A DNA stretch of 64,000 bases from an uncultured Acidobacteriota bacterium (GCA_963700145.1 OY969474.1:2912001-2976000); one strand, 5' to 3'; counted from the first letter of the stretch, positions 1 through 11,288 are shown. Translations and numbers: made by a program. Notes: generated by a model from the sequence alone, not told the origin.

Positions 1-84
1 GTTCAGCTCGGCGACGACGTGTTTGTCCTTGTAGGTCTTGAACGGATGGGGCTGCGGCGGCGTTGGCCTGGTGACGAGGATCAT
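1..84 (-). CDS. 5' part of a probable HNH endonuclease (PtuB-like), truncated by the window edge
   Basis: ATG at 84-82 overlaps the TGA of the upstream ATPase gene (ATGA). It reads MILVTRPTPPQPHPFKTYKDKHVVAELN..., resembling the segment that precedes F.GKCAYCE in PtuB-type HNH proteins. Not in the ORF track. Confidence 0.6.
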   Translation of the reverse strand, partial: MILVTRPTPPQPHPFKTYKDKHVVAELN

Positions 85-2279
85 GGCGTGCGAGGCAGGG
101 CCTGCTCATCCGCCTGCCAGAGTTCGGCGAGCTTTTCGACTGCTCGAGACGGCAGGTGGGTCTTGGCCAAGAGTGCCCTCTGCTCGCTGCGGCTCGCCAG
201 GAAGGCCTCGATCGCCGCGTAACGCAGCTGCTCGAAGGGGGTGGAGCCCAGGACTTGCAGACGTTCGATCTCGGTCCTGAGTTCTTCCAACCGAGACCTG
301 TCCGCGGGCGACTTGTCCTGCTTTGAGAGTAATGTCGAGTACTCTCGCGCAAAGGCGTCGAGCTGAGGATCGGCGGCGCTGTGCAGCCCAAAATGATCGG
401 AGGTAAGGATCTGATCGACCCGGAGCCCTTCGATCGAAGGCAGGTCGGTGATCGCCACGATCTTGTCGCTTTCGTCGCGCTCCATGACCACGACCTCGCC
501 AGCGCGCAGTCCCCGCAGGCAGAGTGGGTCGTGCGTCGTAGCCAGGAAGCGGACTTGCGGGAAAGCGGCCCGAAGCTGCTCCACGACCTTCATCTTCCAC
601 CGCGGATGCAGGTGCGGCCCGATCTCGTCGAGGACCACGATTCCGACCGCGTCTGCGATGTTCTCCGTCCGCTGGGTGAAAAATCGCATGACGTCGACTG
701 CAAGCGTGATCGCAGCTTTGTACCCGTCACTGAGACTTGCGAGCGGCACCGGCATTCCGGACTGTGAGACCTCGATCTGTCCCTTCGTGGGGTTCGGGAT
801 CAACCGGTCGTCCGGGTCTCCCAGCATCCGCTCGATGGCCTCGGCGACGGAGGTCCATTGCAGCTCGGTGCGCGCCAGAAGCCACTCGGTCGGATCTCCC
901 AAGGGCCAATAGGGATCGAACAGGTTCTCGACGCGAATGACTTCGGAGTGCGATTCTCTGGAAGCCGCGTCGCGTCGCGGCGGCAGGCGAGTGGCCCCAT
1001 AGGCGGCCAGCAACATCTTTGGTTTTTGTGGCACGACACGGAAACGCTTGGACCGCCGGGAGAGACTCAGCCGAATCGTCTCGGGCTCAGGATCACCCGA
1101 GAGCGTAATTGCGACTGTTGCCTTCGGCTGCCCGAACCGGATGAACTCTAGGGGATCGAGGTCAAGGGCGTTGGCAACGCGTTCGCCGGCCAGGGTGAGA
1201 GCGACGGCCTGAAGCACGCTGCTCTTGCCGGTGCTGTTCTCGCCCAGGAGGACGAGCCAAGGCTCGGTCTCGGTTGCTTCGCGAGGGAACTCGAGTTCCA
1301 GGTGCTCGATGCCCTTGAAGTCGTCGATGACCACCCGCTCGATCCACCGGTTGCCGCCGCCGAGCTGATAGTGCTCGGCTTGTCCCCTATCCTCGACCGA
1401 GTACGCCTTGACCTCCCGCTGCAGGCGCCGGGCGGCCCTTTTGACCTTTGCGCTAGGAGCCGGCCGGCTCAGGGCCTCGTTGGCAAGCTCAGACAGGGAC
1501 GCTCGCACCGCTTTCTTCTCCGCGCGCGTCCTCGAGGGGCGAGCCTTCGCTTCGGCCTCGATTAGAGAGTGCACGGACTGCCGACGGGCAGCCGCAAACG
1601 GGTAGGCGGGATCCGCAGTCTTGTCGGTGATCTCTTTGATCCGCGCCGCATCGCCTGTGGCGAACGCGAGAGCAAGCTCAAGCCGCAGCGCCTCGATGGC
1701 CGCTTTGCGCTGGGCTACCAGGTCCGAGCGGCTGAGCCCCAGAATCTCGATCGAAACCACCCCACGATCAGTCTTCCCCTCCACCCCACCGGCCAAGCCG
1801 AAGGACAAGTGCTCGGCGGGGTCCTCGATGCAGGGATCGATCAGATAGGCGCCTTCGGCGGCCAGATCAGCGCCAGGACTGGTAGCGCGTGCATGCCGAA
1901 CCGGGAATCGGTTCCGCTTGTACTTGCGGTTACAGAGCTGGCAGCAGTAGTAGAGGTTGGTCCACTCGTAGGCGAGCCACCAATAGCCGATGCTGGTCTT
2001 GCCGTCAAGGTCGGTGGCGGAGGCCTTCGGGCGGAACCAATCGATATCCGCGGTTTCCGTGGCCGGCAGAACCGACTCACAGTAGGCGCACTTGCCGTGG
2101 AACAGCTCCTCGAGGGCGGATCTCACGGTTGGATGAGCAACGACGCGAACATCAAAGTCGTCAGCACGCGGTACCCTCCCTTCGGCAACCAGCAGCTCGA
2201 GCTTCTTCCGGGCAGCTTCCGCTCGCCCACCCGTGCCGAAGAAGAGCTGTGGTCCGAGAGGCCGCTCGATCCGAATCAT
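81..2279 (-). CDS. HNH-like domain fused to an ABC/AAA-type ATPase (Septu PtuA/PtuB-like defence protein)
   Basis: N-terminal GKCAYCES...FRPK...WLAYEWTNLYYCCQLCN zinc/HNH-like region. C-terminal Walker A GENSTGKS, signature LSDGY, Walker B VVLDE, H-loop TTHDP. Start placed at the ATG of MIRIERP. Confidence 0.85.
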   Translation of the reverse strand: MIRIERPLGPQLFFGTGGRAEAARKKLELLVAEGRVPRADDFDVRVVAHPTVRSALEELFHGKCAYCESVLPATETADIDWFRPKASATDLDGKTSIGYWWLAYEWTNLYYCCQLCNRKYKRNRFPVRHARATSPGADLAAEGAYLIDPCIEDPAEHLSFGLAGGVEGKTDRGVVSIEILGLSRSDLVAQRKAAIEALRLELALAFATGDAARIKEITDKTADPAYPFAAARRQSVHSLIEAEAKARPSRTRAEKKAVRASLSELANEALSRPAPSAKVKRAARRLQREVKAYSVEDRGQAEHYQLGGGNRWIERVVIDDFKGIEHLELEFPREATETEPWLVLLGENSTGKSSVLQAVALTLAGERVANALDLDPLEFIRFGQPKATVAITLSGDPEPETIRLSLSRRSKRFRVVPQKPKMLLAAYGATRLPPRRDAASRESHSEVIRVENLFDPYWPLGDPTEWLLARTELQWTSVAEAIERMLGDPDDRLIPNPTKGQIEVSQSGMPVPLASLSDGYKAAITLAVDVMRFFTQRTENIADAVGIVVLDEIGPHLHPRWKMKVVEQLRAAFPQVRFLATTHDPLCLRGLRAGEVVVMERDESDKIVAITDLPSIEGLRVDQILTSDHFGLHSAADPQLDAFAREYSTLLSKQDKSPADRSRLEELRTEIERLQVLGSTPFEQLRYAAIEAFLASRSEQRALLAKTHLPSRAVEKLAELWQADEQALPRTP

Positions 2280-2314
2280 CCGCCGGCGCTCCGCGCTGAG
2301 AAGAGTTGCAGCCA

Positions 2315-2344
2315 ATTCTACACGACCTACTCGGTGGCTATAAT
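2315..2344. promoter_or_regulatory. Candidate divergent sigma70 -10 elements
   Basis: TATAAT at 2339-2344 (+, toward DUF362) and TAGAAT at 2320-2315 (-, toward the HNH-ATPase) in the divergent intergenic gap. Confidence 0.4.
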
Positions 2345-2398
2345 GCGGTGATTGCCGTGCCTAGTGGTGACACTCCACGCACCCTGCGGAGAATCCGA

Positions 2399-3507
<1,109 letters not shown>

Positions 3508-3511
<4 letters not shown>

Positions 3512-4509
3512 GCGAAGAGTCCCCGCCGCCCGCGGCCGCCGCGGTCGAGCCCCCCGCGCCCGGGCTCGAGCGGTTGGGGCGGCGGCTGGGCGTGCCGCTG
3601 CTGCTGGCGCTGCTCGCCCTGGTCGGCCTGGTGCTGGTGGCCGACGCCGAGAAGCTGGCCGCCGAGCTTCACCGCTTCGATCTCTGGCTCCTCCTCCCCG
3701 TCCTCGGCCTCTCGCTGATCAACTACACGCTCCGCTGGCTGCGTTGGGAGATCTACCTCGCGCGGCTCGGCGTCCGCCTGCCGCGCCCGCGGAGCCTGGC
3801 GGTCTTCCTGGTCGGGTTCCTGCTCGGGATCACCCCCGGCAAGGCGGGTGAGCTGGGGAAGGCCTGGATCATCCGCGAGCTGGGGGGTGGGCCGGCGCGG
3901 CGCGTGGTGCCGGCGGTGCTCGCCGAGCGGGTGACCGACCTCGCGGGGGCGCTTCTCCTGCTCACGCCCGGGGCCCTGGCGCTCCCCGGCGGGCCCTGGA
4001 TCGCGGCCGCGGGTCTCGCGTCGGCGGCGGCGCTGATCCTGCTGCTCACCTGGCGGCGCGGCGCGGTGCGCGTCTTCGCGCTGCTCGGGCGCCTGCCGCT
4101 CGTCGGCCGGCGCATCCACGTCCTCGCCGAGCTCTACGACGGGGTGCGCGACCTCATCTCGCCGGGGCGCCTGGAGCTGGGGCTGGTCCTGGCGATGGTC
4201 GCCTGGGGCGCCGAGGGGATGGGGTTCTGGCTGGTGATCCGCGAGTACGACCCGAGCGCCGGGGCGCTGCTCGCGCTCTTCAACTACACCGCCAGCACCT
4301 GCCTCGGCGGACTCTCGGTACTGCCGGGAGGGCTCGTCGCGGTCGAGGGGATGCTCACCGCGCTGCTCGACTCCCAGGGCCTCTCCACCGCCGCCGCCGC
4401 TTCGGCGACCCTGATCATCCGCGCCGCCACCCTCTGGTTCGCCGTCCTCCTCGGCCTCGCCGCCCTTCCCTTCGTCGCCCACTGGCTGCGGCGGCGGCGG
4501 CGGGGATAG
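3508..4509 (+). CDS. Lysylphosphatidylglycerol-synthase TM region / flippase-like (UPF0104) membrane protein
   Basis: Multi-TM with NYTLRWLRW, TPGKAGE, ERVTD, PGGL..VEG motifs. Start taken as the CTG overlapping the DUF362 stop (uncertain). Confidence 0.75.
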
Positions 4510-4528
4510 CGCTCCGGCGCCCTGCGAG

Positions 4529-6397
4529 ATGATCCCCCGCATGGCGCGCAACGGGGGACGGCGGCGGTGGGCGCTCCTGGCGGTCCTCGCGCTCGCGTTG
4601 CTGGTGCGGGTCGCGCACTGGTGGGTGGTGCGCGAGGCGCCGTTCGTGGCCTCCCTGGCGGTCGATGCGCAGGAGTACGACGCCTGGGCTCAGCGGCTCG
4701 CCGCCGGCGCCTGGCTGGGGGAGGAGACGTTCTTCCAGGCGCCGCTCTATCCCTACTTGCTGGGGGCGCTCTACGCCGTTTCGGGGCGGAGCCTCGACGC
4801 CGTCTACCTGCTGCAGATCCTCGCCGCCGTCGCCGGCTGCTGGGCGCTCTACCGCGCCGGCCGGGCGATGGCGGGCGAGCGGGCGGGGCTCGCCGCCGCC
4901 GCTCTCGCCGCGCTCTACGGACCGTTCGTCTTCTACGACGTGCAGGTCGCCAAGGAGTCGCTGGCGGTCACCGCCGTCTGCTTCCTGCTCTGGGCTCTCG
5001 CCGCGGCGCGCGCCAGCGGGCGCGCCGCGCTCTGGCTCGCCGCCGGCGCCCTCCTCGGTGTGTTGGCGCTGCTGCGCGAGAACGCGCTCCTCGCCGCGCC
5101 GTTCCTCCTGCCGCTCGCCTGGGAGCGCGGGCGCGGCCTTCCCGCCTTCGCGCGCCGCGCCGGCGTCTTCCTCCTCGGCCTCGCCCTCGCGCTCGCGCCG
5201 GTCGCCTGGCGCAACCTGGCGGTCGGCGGCAGCCCGCTGCCCACGACCTTCCAGGGGGGCGTGAACCTCTGGATCGGCAACAACCCCGACGCCGACGGCA
5301 CCTACCGGCCGCTGGTCCCCGGCCGGCAGGTCCCGGCGCTCGAGCGGCAGGCGCCGGTCGCCCTCGCCGAGCGCGCGGCCGGCCGGCGGCTCGGCCCGGC
5401 CGAGGTCTCCGCCTTCTGGGCGCGGCGGGCCCTCGCCTGGGCGGCGGAGCGGCCGGCCGACGCCCTGCGCCTGCAGCTCCGCAAGCTGGCGATGTTCTGG
5501 AGCTGGTACGAGTGGCCGGACGCGGTCGATTACTACCACCTGCGCCGCCTCTCACTGCCGCTGCGGCTGGCGGCCGTCGAATTCGGGGGCGTGTCGCTCC
5601 TGGCGCTCCTCGGGCTCGCGCTCTGGATCGCCCGCCGCCGCGCCGGCGCGCCGGCCCCGGCCCTCGCCCCCACCCTTCTCTGGATCGCCGGCTGGACGCT
5701 CTCGACGGTCGTCTTCTTCCTCTTCTCCCGCTACCGCCTGCCGGTCGTGCCGGCGCTTCTCCTCCTTGCCGCGCTGCCGCTCGCCGCGATCCCCGAGCTC
5801 TACCGCGCCGGCGCCCGGCGCCGGGCCCTCCTCCTCGCTGGCGTCTGCCTCGCCGCGCTCGCGGCGCCGCACTTCGCCGGTTTCCGGCCGCGCATGGACC
5901 TCGTGCACTACAACCTGGCGCGGATCGCCGAAGAGCAGGGGCGCCCTGAGGCGGCGGCCGCGCACGACCGCGCGGCCCTGCGCCTCGACCCGTCGGCCTT
6001 CCTGCCCCACCTGACGCTGGGCAACCGAGCCGCGCGCGCCGGCGATCTCGACGCGGCGCTCGCGCACTTCCGTCGCGCCGCGGCGCTCGAGCCGCGCTCG
6101 CCGGAAGCCTGGAGCAACCTGGGAGGGGCCTACCTCGCGCTCGGGGACGCCGCCCGCGCCCGGCGCGCCCTCGAGCGGGCGCTGGCGCTCGACCCGGCGA
6201 GCCTGCCGGCGCTCCACAACCTGGCGCTCCTGGCCGAGCGCGAGGGCGACCTCGACCGCGCCCGCGGCCTCAATCGCCGGGCCCTGGCGCTCGATCCGGC
6301 GAACGCGGCCGCCCGGCGCCTGGCGGAGCGCCTCCGGAACGCGGTCGCGCCCCCCGGTCAGCCGCTCCCTCCGGCAGGACCTCGAAGACGACGCTGA
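4529..6397 (+). CDS. GT-C (PMT/ArnT-like) membrane glycosyltransferase with C-terminal TPR repeats
   Basis: D..EYD.WA luminal loop, APLYPY, GGVNLWIGNNPDADG, SRYRLP. Terminal TPRs (YNLA, AWSNLG, LHNLA). Confidence 0.75.
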   Translation: MIPRMARNGGRRRWALLAVLALALLVRVAHWWVVREAPFVASLAVDAQEYDAWAQRLAAGAWLGEETFFQAPLYPYLLGALYAVSGRSLDAVYLLQILAAVAGCWALYRAGRAMAGERAGLAAAALAALYGPFVFYDVQVAKESLAVTAVCFLLWALAAARASGRAALWLAAGALLGVLALLRENALLAAPFLLPLAWERGRGLPAFARRAGVFLLGLALALAPVAWRNLAVGGSPLPTTFQGGVNLWIGNNPDADGTYRPLVPGRQVPALERQAPVALAERAAGRRLGPAEVSAFWARRALAWAAERPADALRLQLRKLAMFWSWYEWPDAVDYYHLRRLSLPLRLAAVEFGGVSLLALLGLALWIARRRAGAPAPALAPTLLWIAGWTLSTVVFFLFSRYRLPVVPALLLLAALPLAAIPELYRAGARRRALLLAGVCLAALAAPHFAGFRPRMDLVHYNLARIAEEQGRPEAAAAHDRAALRLDPSAFLPHLTLGNRAARAGDLDAALAHFRRAAALEPRSPEAWSNLGGAYLALGDAARARRALERALALDPASLPALHNLALLAEREGDLDRARGLNRRALALDPANAAARRLAERLRNAVAPPGQPLPPAGPRRRR

Positions 6398-8447
6398 GGT
6401 CCTCCAGGTGGCGCGGCGCGAAGCGCTCCGGGCGCTCGACCACCCACTTCGCCTCGATCGGCCAGTCGGTGCGCGGGTTGCCGACGATGTGCAGCCAGCG
6501 CACGCCGGCCCGGCGGAGGTTGGCGAGCCAGGCCTCGGGGTCGGGGTTCAGGCGCGGGTTGCAGCCCGGATACTCCGCCGCCGCGCGGCGGTCGGCGGCG
6601 TCGACGTTGACGTAGATCGCCCGCCGCTCCAGCCGCGGCCCCATCGCCGGGTAACGGAAGCCGTGGGTGGCCGAGCTGGCGACCGCCACCGTGCCGTCGC
6701 CGCCGTGGGCGTCGAGCCACTCCCAGGCGCCGGCGTAGAGCGGCGCGGGGGTGAGGTGGACGGTGAACTCCTCCCGCAGGGCCCGGCCGCGGTCGAGGAT
6801 GCGGAAGTGGGCGAGGAGGGGCGCGCCGAGGACGGCGAGCGCCAGCGCCGCCGCGGCGAGAAGACGCCAGCGCGCCCGCACGGCGGCGCGCGCCGCCGGC
6901 GAGAGCGCGAGGCCGGCGACCGCCAGGTCGGCGAGCCCGGCCGCCGCCCGCACCGCCTGGGGCAGCTCGGCGTGGAGCATGAGGAGCCCCTGGAGGACGA
7001 CGGCGAGGGCGAGCCCCCGCAGCAACCGTTCGTGGGCGCCGCGGATCTCGGCCAGCGCCACCGCTGCCGCGAAGGCGAGCCCAAAGGCGGGCAGCAAGTA
7101 GCGGGTGTTGGCGTAGACGTGCCCCAGCGCGGCGTAGGGGACCAGCGCCCAGAAAGCGCCCTCGAGCGCGATCTGGCTCCACACCACCCAGGCTTCGCGC
7201 CGGCGGCCGGCCGCGGCGGCGAGCGGCAGCACCAGCGCCGCCGGCAGGAGCAGCAGGACCGCGGGCCCCGCTCCCATCTCCAGCGACGCCGGCTGCGTGG
7301 TGCCGAAGAGCGAGCGCAGCGCCTCCCCTTCCAGCCACATCGGCCGCGGCAGGTCGGCGACCGAGCTGCTCCGCGGCAGGCGGTGCGTTTCCGCGCGCGG
7401 CTCGACGCGGCCGGTCGCCTCGCACTCCAGGGCCAGCGGATCGACCCCCAGTGCGACGTTGCGCAGGTAGAAGCCGCCGCCGACGGCCGCGGCGACGAGC
7501 AGCGCGGCGCCGAGCTGCGGCAGGCGCCGGCGCCAGGCGCCGCGCGCGAAGGCGACGACGGCCGCGCCGAGCGCCAGCGCGTAGAGCACGCCGAGCACCT
7601 TGGTGCCGGCGGCGATCCCCAGGCCGGCGGCGGCGAGGAGCGCCTCGCCCCAGGCCGGCTCGCGCAGCCAGCGCAGCCCGAAGTAGGCGGCGGCGAGGAG
7701 CCCCGCGGCGGTCAGGATGTCGACGTAGGGCGTCGCCGCGAAGCGCAGCACCGCCGGGATCGAGAGCGTGGCGAAGGCGGCGAGCGGCCAGTGCCGCTCG
7801 GCGCCCAGCCGCCGCGCCACGCCGCCCACCGCCAGCCCGAGCAGCGCCCACTGCGGCAGGAAAGCGAGGTTGACGTACAGCTCGCTGTGCGAGGGCGCCA
7901 TCCACCACCAGAGCCAGAGCGAGCCGTTGGCCGGCGCGTAGCCGTAGTAGTTGACCGGGAAGGCGCCGAAGACCGGGCGGAGGTCGCCGTCTTGGAGCCA
8001 GGTCGCCGCCAGCAGCAGGTGGTACTGCAGCGCGTCCCACGACAGCGGCGGCCGCAGCAGGCCGCGCAGCGCTTCGCTGGCGACGCCGTGGAAGAGCGCC
8101 AGCGACAGCGCGGGGTGGGCGCGGAGCTGGCGCCAGACGGCGGCGGCGAGCGCGGCGGCGGGGGCGCGCAGCTCGCCGGCCCCGAGGCGGCGCGGCCAGG
8201 CGAGAAGCGCCGCGGCGGCCAGCGCCTCGACCGCCAGCGCCAGCTCGATGCGCAGCGCGCCGAGGGCGCCGAGCAGGAAGGCGACGGCGAGCGCCTGGCC
8301 CGTGGCGGCGGTGAGCGTCGCCACCGCCAGCGGCAGCGGCTCGACGGCGGCGCGCGGGCCGAGCAGGCGGAGCGCCAGGATGTAGCCGACCAGCCCCAGC
8401 AGGCCGAGCGTCAGCAGGGTGAGCGCGGCGCCCAGCAGGTCGAGCAC
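6270..8447 (-). CDS. Large polytopic membrane protein, GT-C-like (paralog 1)
   Basis: Many TM helices, PPLSWDALQYHL loop, YVD, GTK, NTRYLLP, soluble C-terminal domain. Closely similar to 12518-14620. Confidence 0.7.
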   Translation of the reverse strand: MLDLLGAALTLLTLGLLGLVGYILALRLLGPRAAVEPLPLAVATLTAATGQALAVAFLLGALGALRIELALAVEALAAAALLAWPRRLGAGELRAPAAALAAAVWRQLRAHPALSLALFHGVASEALRGLLRPPLSWDALQYHLLLAATWLQDGDLRPVFGAFPVNYYGYAPANGSLWLWWWMAPSHSELYVNLAFLPQWALLGLAVGGVARRLGAERHWPLAAFATLSIPAVLRFAATPYVDILTAAGLLAAAYFGLRWLREPAWGEALLAAAGLGIAAGTKVLGVLYALALGAAVVAFARGAWRRRLPQLGAALLVAAAVGGGFYLRNVALGVDPLALECEATGRVEPRAETHRLPRSSSVADLPRPMWLEGEALRSLFGTTQPASLEMGAGPAVLLLLPAALVLPLAAAAGRRREAWVVWSQIALEGAFWALVPYAALGHVYANTRYLLPAFGLAFAAAVALAEIRGAHERLLRGLALAVVLQGLLMLHAELPQAVRAAAGLADLAVAGLALSPAARAAVRARWRLLAAAALALAVLGAPLLAHFRILDRGRALREEFTVHLTPAPLYAGAWEWLDAHGGDGTVAVASSATHGFRYPAMGPRLERRAIYVNVDAADRRAAAEYPGCNPRLNPDPEAWLANLRRAGVRWLHIVGNPRTDWPIEAKWVVERPERFAPRHLEDLSVVFEVLPEGAADRGARPRSGGAPPGAGRPRSPDRAPGPGD

Positions 8448-8459
8448 AGGCGCGGCTCC

Positions 8460-9164
8460 TCAGGCGGCGGCCAGCCGGGCGACCAGGAAGGCGCCGTGCC
8501 GGCGGTCGAGGCGGGTCGCCCAGCGGGCGAGCCGCGGCGGGAGCGGGTAGTAGGCGACGGTCTTGAGCGTCTCGACGCGCAGCCCGTGGTGGCGGCAGAG
8601 CTCGGCCAGGGCGCGGCCGCTGAAAAGCCGCAGGTGGCTGTCCTCGGGGTGGTCGATCAGCTGCCCGTGGAGCGGGTCGAAGGGGTTTCCGACCAGCACC
8701 TCCGAGGAGACGTGCGCGGGCGGCGGCTGGAAGCCGAGGGCGAGCGAGACCACGTTGTGCCAGCTCGCCAGGTTGTTGGTCGAGAGCAGCGCCACGCCGT
8801 CCGGCCGCAGCACCCGGCGCACCTCGCGCAGGAAGTGGTCGGTCGAGCGCAGGTGCTCGATCACCTGGTTGGCGTGGACGACGTGGAAGCTGGCGGCGGC
8901 GAAGGGGAAGGGGGCGTTGAGGTCGGCGACCGCGACGCGCACGCCGCGCGCGGCCGCGACGCGCGCCCGCGCCGGCACCGCCTCGATGCCGTGCGGCCGC
9001 GCCTCGGAGCGCGCCGCCAGCTCGGCGGTGAAGGCGCCGTCGCCGCAGCCGCAGTCGAGGAGCGCGCCGCCCGGGCGCCGCTCGAGCAGGCCGAGGATCT
9101 CCTCCCGGTTCAGCCGCTCGCTGGCGCGGAACACCCTGAAGAGGTAGCTCTCCGGCTCGTCCAT
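8460..9164 (-). CDS. Class I SAM-dependent methyltransferase
   Basis: LLDCGCGDG motif I, VIEHL, LRPDG. Start at MDEPESY. Confidence 0.85.
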   Translation of the reverse strand: MDEPESYLFRVFRASERLNREEILGLLERRPGGALLDCGCGDGAFTAELAARSEARPHGIEAVPARARVAAARGVRVAVADLNAPFPFAAASFHVVHANQVIEHLRSTDHFLREVRRVLRPDGVALLSTNNLASWHNVVSLALGFQPPPAHVSSEVLVGNPFDPLHGQLIDHPEDSHLRLFSGRALAELCRHHGLRVETLKTVAYYPLPPRLARWATRLDRRHGAFLVARLAAA

Positions 9165-9192
9165 CGGCGCGCTCCCGTGGGGTCGCGGCAGT

Positions 9193-10347
9193 CTAGCAGC
9201 CGCCTCCGCGCGCCCCGCCCAGCACCTCGGCGTAGAAGGCCTCGACGCGCGCGGCGAGGACCTCCCAGTCGTACTCCGCGGCGCGCGCCCGGGCAGCCGC
9301 GGCGAGACGCGCGCGCGCCGGCTCGTCGTCGAGCAGCCGGGAGAGCGCCGCGGCGAGGGCCTCGGCCTCCGGCTCGACGGCGCTCCCCTCCACCCCGTCG
9401 CGCACCAGCTCGGAGACCGCGCTGCCGGGGGCGCGGCAGTAGACGACCGGCAGCCCCGCCGCCATCGCCTCCAGCGGGAACATGCCGAAGCTGTCCTGCG
9501 AGGAGGGCTGGACAGCGACGCGCGCGCCGCCCATCGCGCGCCACAGCTCGCCGCTCGGCAGCTTGCCGGTGAAGCGCACGGCGCCGCCGAGGCCGAGCGC
9601 TGCGGCGCGCCGCTCAAGCTCGCCGCGCCCGGGGCCGTCGCCGGCGAGAGTCAGGAGCAGGCCGGGGCGCGCCTCCGCGAGGCGGGCGACAGCGGCGAGG
9701 AGGAGGTCCAGCCGCCGCTCGCGCGTCAGCCGGCCGGCGAAGAGGAGGGGCGGCTCCGGCCCGGTCGCGGCCGCGGCGGCGCGGCGGACCGCCGCGCCCG
9801 GGACGCCGTTCGGCAGCACCCGCACGTCGGCGCTCCCGCGGTCGGCGGCGACGCGCTCGGCGGTGAGCCGGCTGACCGCCGCCACGGCAGTCCCGCAGCG
9901 CGCCGCCCGCCGCTCGATCGCGCGATAGACCGGCCACCGCCAGCCGCCCAGGTACTCGCGCCAGTAGGGGCCCCAGTGGGCGTGCCAGTTGACGATCAGC
10001 GGCCGCCCCGCCCGCCGGCAGCGCCGGGCGAGCGGGAAGAGGTGGAGGTAGGGGATGTTGGCGGTCTCGACGAGGTCGTAGGGATCGAGGTCGAGCCGCG
10101 CCACGCGCGCCGCGTAGGAGATCGCACGGCGCGTGCTGCGCCGCCCCGCCGGCGTGTAGAGCGGCAGGTCGGGCCCGAGCGGCAGGTAGCGCACGCCGGG
10201 GGCGGCTTCGCCGCGCGCGGCGCAGAGGCCGCCCAGCGTCACCGCGTGGCCGCGCGCCGCGAGCGCCCGGCCGAGCTCGAAGTTGCGGTGCTCGACGCCG
10301 CCGACGTGCTCGGGGTAGACGACGTCGTAGAGGAGGAGGACCTTCAT
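9193..10347 (-). CDS. Glycosyltransferase family 4
   Basis: MKVLLLYDVVYP..VGGVE, FAGRL, PSSQDSFGMFPLEAMAAGLPVV. Confidence 0.85.
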   Translation of the reverse strand: MKVLLLYDVVYPEHVGGVEHRNFELGRALAARGHAVTLGGLCAARGEAAPGVRYLPLGPDLPLYTPAGRRSTRRAISYAARVARLDLDPYDLVETANIPYLHLFPLARRCRRAGRPLIVNWHAHWGPYWREYLGGWRWPVYRAIERRAARCGTAVAAVSRLTAERVAADRGSADVRVLPNGVPGAAVRRAAAAATGPEPPLLFAGRLTRERRLDLLLAAVARLAEARPGLLLTLAGDGPGRGELERRAAALGLGGAVRFTGKLPSGELWRAMGGARVAVQPSSQDSFGMFPLEAMAAGLPVVYCRAPGSAVSELVRDGVEGSAVEPEAEALAAALSRLLDDEPARARLAAAARARAAEYDWEVLAARVEAFYAEVLGGARGGGC

Positions 10348-11288
10348 ACCGTGCTCGCCGCGTCCGTCGCGCGCCGCCGCCGCCCCAGCAGCGCCAGGCA
10401 GAGCGCGCCGGTCGCCGCCTGGAAGGCGAGGCCGAGGCCGGCGAAGGCGAGCCCGAAGGCGAGGACCGCCGCCTCGCGCGCGGCGGCCGTGGCGCCGGGC
10501 GCGAAGGAGGAGAGCAGGACGATCTGCGCCGCCTGCACCGTCCCCAGCCCGGCGGGGGTGATCGGCAGGGCGGCGACGAAGAGCACCAGCGGGAGCAGCG
10601 CGAGCCCCTGCGCCAGCGGCATGCGGACACCCCAGATCCAGAGCGCCCCCCACTGGCCGAGCGCGAGCGCCGCGACGTGCGGCAGGCGCGCCGCGGTCGT
10701 TAGCAGGTGACCGCGCAGGCCGGCGCCGAAGAGTGGCGCGAGGCCGGGCCGCTCCGCCAGGGGGCGGGGCCGCGCGGCGACGATCCCGTAGTAGACGAGG
10801 AGCGCGCCGCCGGCGGCGAGGAGCGCGGCGTCGACCCCCCGCAAGCCCGCCGGCCCCGGCCCGCCGGCCGCCCGGCCCACCGCCGCCGCGGCGACCAGGG
10901 CCGTCAAGTTGCAGCCGAGGAGGAAGAGCACGCAGCCCGCGGCGCGCGGCGCGGCGAGCCCCCGCCGGTGGAGGTACACCCCGATCCCGCCCTGCCCCGC
11001 CGTGTAGCTCACCAAGCCGAGGAGGTAGCTCGCGCCACGCACCAGGAGCAGCTCGCCCGCCGGCAGCCGGACGCCGGCCGCCGCCAGCCCGGCGCGCGTC
11101 GCCCAGGCGTCGGCGAGGAGCGTCAGCGCGGCGAGCGGCAGGGTGTAGAGCGCCAGCGCCGGCCAGGGGCCGGCGGCGAGGGCGCGCCGCACCTCGTCGA
11201 GCGGCAGCCGCCAGACGAGCCAGGCGAGCAGCGCGGCCGCGGCGAGCCAGGGCCAGAGCCGGCGGCGGGCGCGCGGCGCGGCCTCCAC
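10344..11288 (-). CDS. Flippase-like (lysylphosphatidylglycerol synthase TM family) membrane protein
   Basis: Multi-TM with LPITPAGLG motif. GTG start overlaps the upstream TAG and its stop overlaps the GT4 ATG. Confidence 0.7.
   Translation of the reverse strand: MEAAPRARRRLWPWLAAAALLAWLVWRLPLDEVRRALAAGPWPALALYTLPLAALTLLADAWATRAGLAAAGVRLPAGELLLVRGASYLLGLVSYTAGQGGIGVYLHRRGLAAPRAAGCVLFLLGCNLTALVAAAAVGRAAGGPGPAGLRGVDAALLAAGGALLVYYGIVAARPRPLAERPGLAPLFGAGLRGHLLTTAARLPHVAALALGQWGALWIWGVRMPLAQGLALLPLVLFVAALPITPAGLGTVQAAQIVLLSSFAPGATAAAREAAVLAFGLAFAGLGLAFQAATGALCLALLGRRRRATDAASTV

Noticed and set aside
2280-2398. Retron ncRNA/RT for the PtuAB-like locus
   Set aside because: No reverse transcriptase in the window and no msr-msd-like inverted repeats in the 120-bp upstream gap; sequence beyond the left edge is unseen.
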